From Trichosphaerium sp. ATCC 40318 (lineage: Eukaryota; Protista; Tubulinea): 64,000 bases of DNA. The DNA lies in contig JALMLS010000015.1 of NCBI GenBank assembly GCA_038496445.1, positions 682,001-746,000 of the forward strand, in the 5' to 3' direction. Positions 61,955 to 64,000 of this stretch are shown here, piece by piece. The notes under the pieces are model-generated. The model saw only the letters and a list, made by a program, of their open reading frames with translations. It was not told where the DNA came from and did not search any database. The position numbers and the translations under genes were made by a program. How positions within the stretch are numbered: the first letter of the stretch is position 1; every line of letters starts with the position of its first letter.

Positions 61955-62599
61955 AGTTAATTGACCATTGTCATGCCATTCTTTGTATTCACCCTGTTTT
62001 ATGTTATCTTTGTAATGGTATTGCATTAATAACAGACCGTTGTCTCGCCACTCTTTGCATTCACCGTCACACGTCTTCTTTGAAATCACATTGTACTCGT
62101 AATTGTCCGTTGTCATGCCATTCTTTGTATCCACCCTCTCGTTTCCCGTCCTTACAATGCCATTTTACACTAAGAATACCATTTTTTTTATGCCAATACT
62201 TGCCTTCCCCTTGTATTCGTTTATGATCATCAAAGTAATATTGCCCTGACAACTGACCATTCTCATAAAACTCTTCGCACAATCCTTTCTTGTCTCCTCT
62301 TAAGTATAGCCGCATTTTAACCTTTTTGCTGTTTTCATAAAACTCCTAAAAAAAACCGTTTTAGTAAAAAAAAGTGGGTTACGTACCTCCTGCGTAGGTA
62401 TAAAATTACCAGCGTCAGTTGAGTAGAATCGCAAAGGAGAACGCAATGCCATCGCGCTTGCAGTATTTACTATGTGACGGCAATGTAATGAACCATACAA
62501 TTGTAATGTTTTAGCCTTGCATATTCTAGGCTTGTACTGTGATTGCCTTATCGCAACGTTAGCTGTTAATTGTCTTAGGACACCTACTAAACGTAACAC
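61898..62599 (-). CDS. MORN-variant repeat protein with an Arg-rich, mitochondrial-presequence-like N-terminus; frameshift near 62070
   Basis: Repeats GLCEEFYENGQL, EGGYKEWHDNGQL, QGEYKEWHDNGQL are split over two frames. The N-terminal exon ends ...RSPLRFYSTD. Start not resolved. Confidence 0.6.
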
Positions 62600-62870
62600 A
62601 TCCTAAAAACGGTGAGATATAGGCAAGCTCATTTTCTTTGTCTATTGTACGTACGTAGCAACATAACTGTAGGCCTCAGTGTTCACAAAAAAATGAGATT
62701 ACTGGAGATCCTTGCGGCTTAAGCCGTTTGGGAGATTCTTTTGTAGCTGGTAATATTTTTTAAGAGTCTATAACTCATGGCAACATACTTTGCTTACCGC
62801 CCATTAAGGCTAGACGAAAAGTACTGTCAAACATAATCCTTAAAAACATGTGGTGTCGCAATTAAATACA

Positions 62871-63178
62871 TGCGTTGGCATCTAGTAAGTTGGTTTATAT
62901 CCTTAAAGCTACAGGAAGATCCTAAAGACGTTGAAGAAACTCAAATCTTTCGAAACTCCGTCAGGGCAAAATGATGACTTCATGACATCAATGTACTGTA
63001 TATTGAAAGGATACTTTGGATTGGTTTTTGAAGAAAGACAACTCTTCTTGTGTTTTCAAATGCCAGTTGACATGTTTGTAAAGTGGTGGTGAGTACAAGA
63101 CATAATCGGACAACCTTAATGAATGGTGATTACGTGATAAAGATTTTACTAGTCCAATTGAATGGGATCAAAGTATTG
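62871..63178 (+). pseudogene. Deletion-riddled tandem copy of the 63181-63669 ORF
   Basis: Colinear with 63178-63606 but about 120 nt shorter through many small deletions. Confidence 0.75.
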
Positions 63179-63180
63179 CG

Positions 63181-63669
63181 TTGACATCTAGTAAGTTGGT
63201 TTATATCCTTAAAGCTACAGGAAGATTAGAACAGTGGGAAAATAAAGACGGTGAAGAAACTTCTGTAATATCTTTCGAAAAACAGGAGATTAAGACATTC
63301 CGTCAGCCTTTATTTGGCCGGAAATATACTCCTCAAGGTGACCCTGTACTTCATTATCGACCAGAGCATTTAAAGTATAAGAAGTATGTAAGGAACTGGG
63401 ATATTGAAAGGATACTTTGGATTGGTTTTATGAAGAAAGACAACTCTTCTTGTGTCTTTCAAATGATGCCAGTTGAGATGTTTGTAAAGATACTAAGTTT
63501 TTGTGGTGAGTACAAGACTGGATATATCGTTGACAACCTTAATAAGAATGGTGATTACCAACGTGATAAAGACTTTACTAGTCCAATTGAATGGGATCAA
63601 AGTATTGTGCATGTTGACAACAATACAATCCAAATAAGACAAATAACATTAATGCGAAGGAAAAAGTAA
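63181..63669 (+). CDS. Hypothetical intronless protein with an internal F-box-like motif; start uncertain
   Basis: 162-codon open frame containing WDIERILWIGFMKK...CVFQMMPVEMFVKILSFC. No ATG at the frame start because of the upstream duplication. Confidence 0.5.
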   Translation: MTSSKLVYILKATGRLEQWENKDGEETSVISFEKQEIKTFRQPLFGRKYTPQGDPVLHYRPEHLKYKKYVRNWDIERILWIGFMKKDNSSCVFQMMPVEMFVKILSFCGEYKTGYIVDNLNKNGDYQRDKDFTSPIEWDQSIVHVDNNTIQIRQITLMRRKK

Positions 63670-64000
63670 AACAAAGACGTAAGAATGTATCAATAAAAAG
63701 ATCTAATACAAACACAAGTTGCTGAGAATATCCACAACAGAGCGCTTAATCCGGTTGCTTGTCCACACAAACAAACAAGTGGCTGTTTTGCGACGTTAAA
63801 AGCCGTCACCGAAAAAGTAACTTACTGATATTAGCTTTGACACGTGATTTCTAGAGATATAGCACTGAATATTTCTTGTTATTGCAAATAAAAAGTATTG
63901 CCACCTAATAGAAAAGTGTCGGTTATTCTCACTTTTATAGCAAGTACTCGCTTGTTACAGTACATTGTTAATGTCATTGCTTTGCGTTATGACAAGTAAC

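Overview
AT-rich (~34% GC by eye) genomic DNA of a eukaryotic microbe, probably an amoebozoan (inferred from gene content). Genes have many short spliceosomal introns, mostly 40-70 nt, so the ORF track shows mainly exon fragments and shadow ORFs. About 60% of the window is an array of one unrecognised surface-protein family: about 10 apparently intact genes plus at least 5 deleted or decayed copies. Each gene has a signal peptide and a ~400-aa beta-rich head, usually followed by a Pro/Ser/Thr stalk. Each then ends in one of two C-terminal modules: (A) Cys-rich/beta-helix-like domain, TM helix and short 'PLRxxIVPWS' tail, or (B) beta domain, SEA-like domain with a KR site, and a GPI-type signal. 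Near-identical heads occur on both modules, and close paralogues differ mainly in a hypervariable segment of the head. Three divergent genes for a secreted 6-Cys cationic peptide lie within the array, two of them head-to-head in a 1.56-kb inverted repeat. Ordinary genes: Cdc7/Cdc15/SepA-type kinase, GPR137-like 7TM protein, ferritin, C2 protein, family C GPCR, FrnE/DsbA oxidoreductase, F-box+PH protein and MORN-repeat proteins. Also present: a decayed non-LTR retrotransposon RT, a foldback intron insertion, a minisatellite, and roughly 10-fold enrichment of CACGTG. Gene models were spliced by eye, so internal boundaries are approximate.
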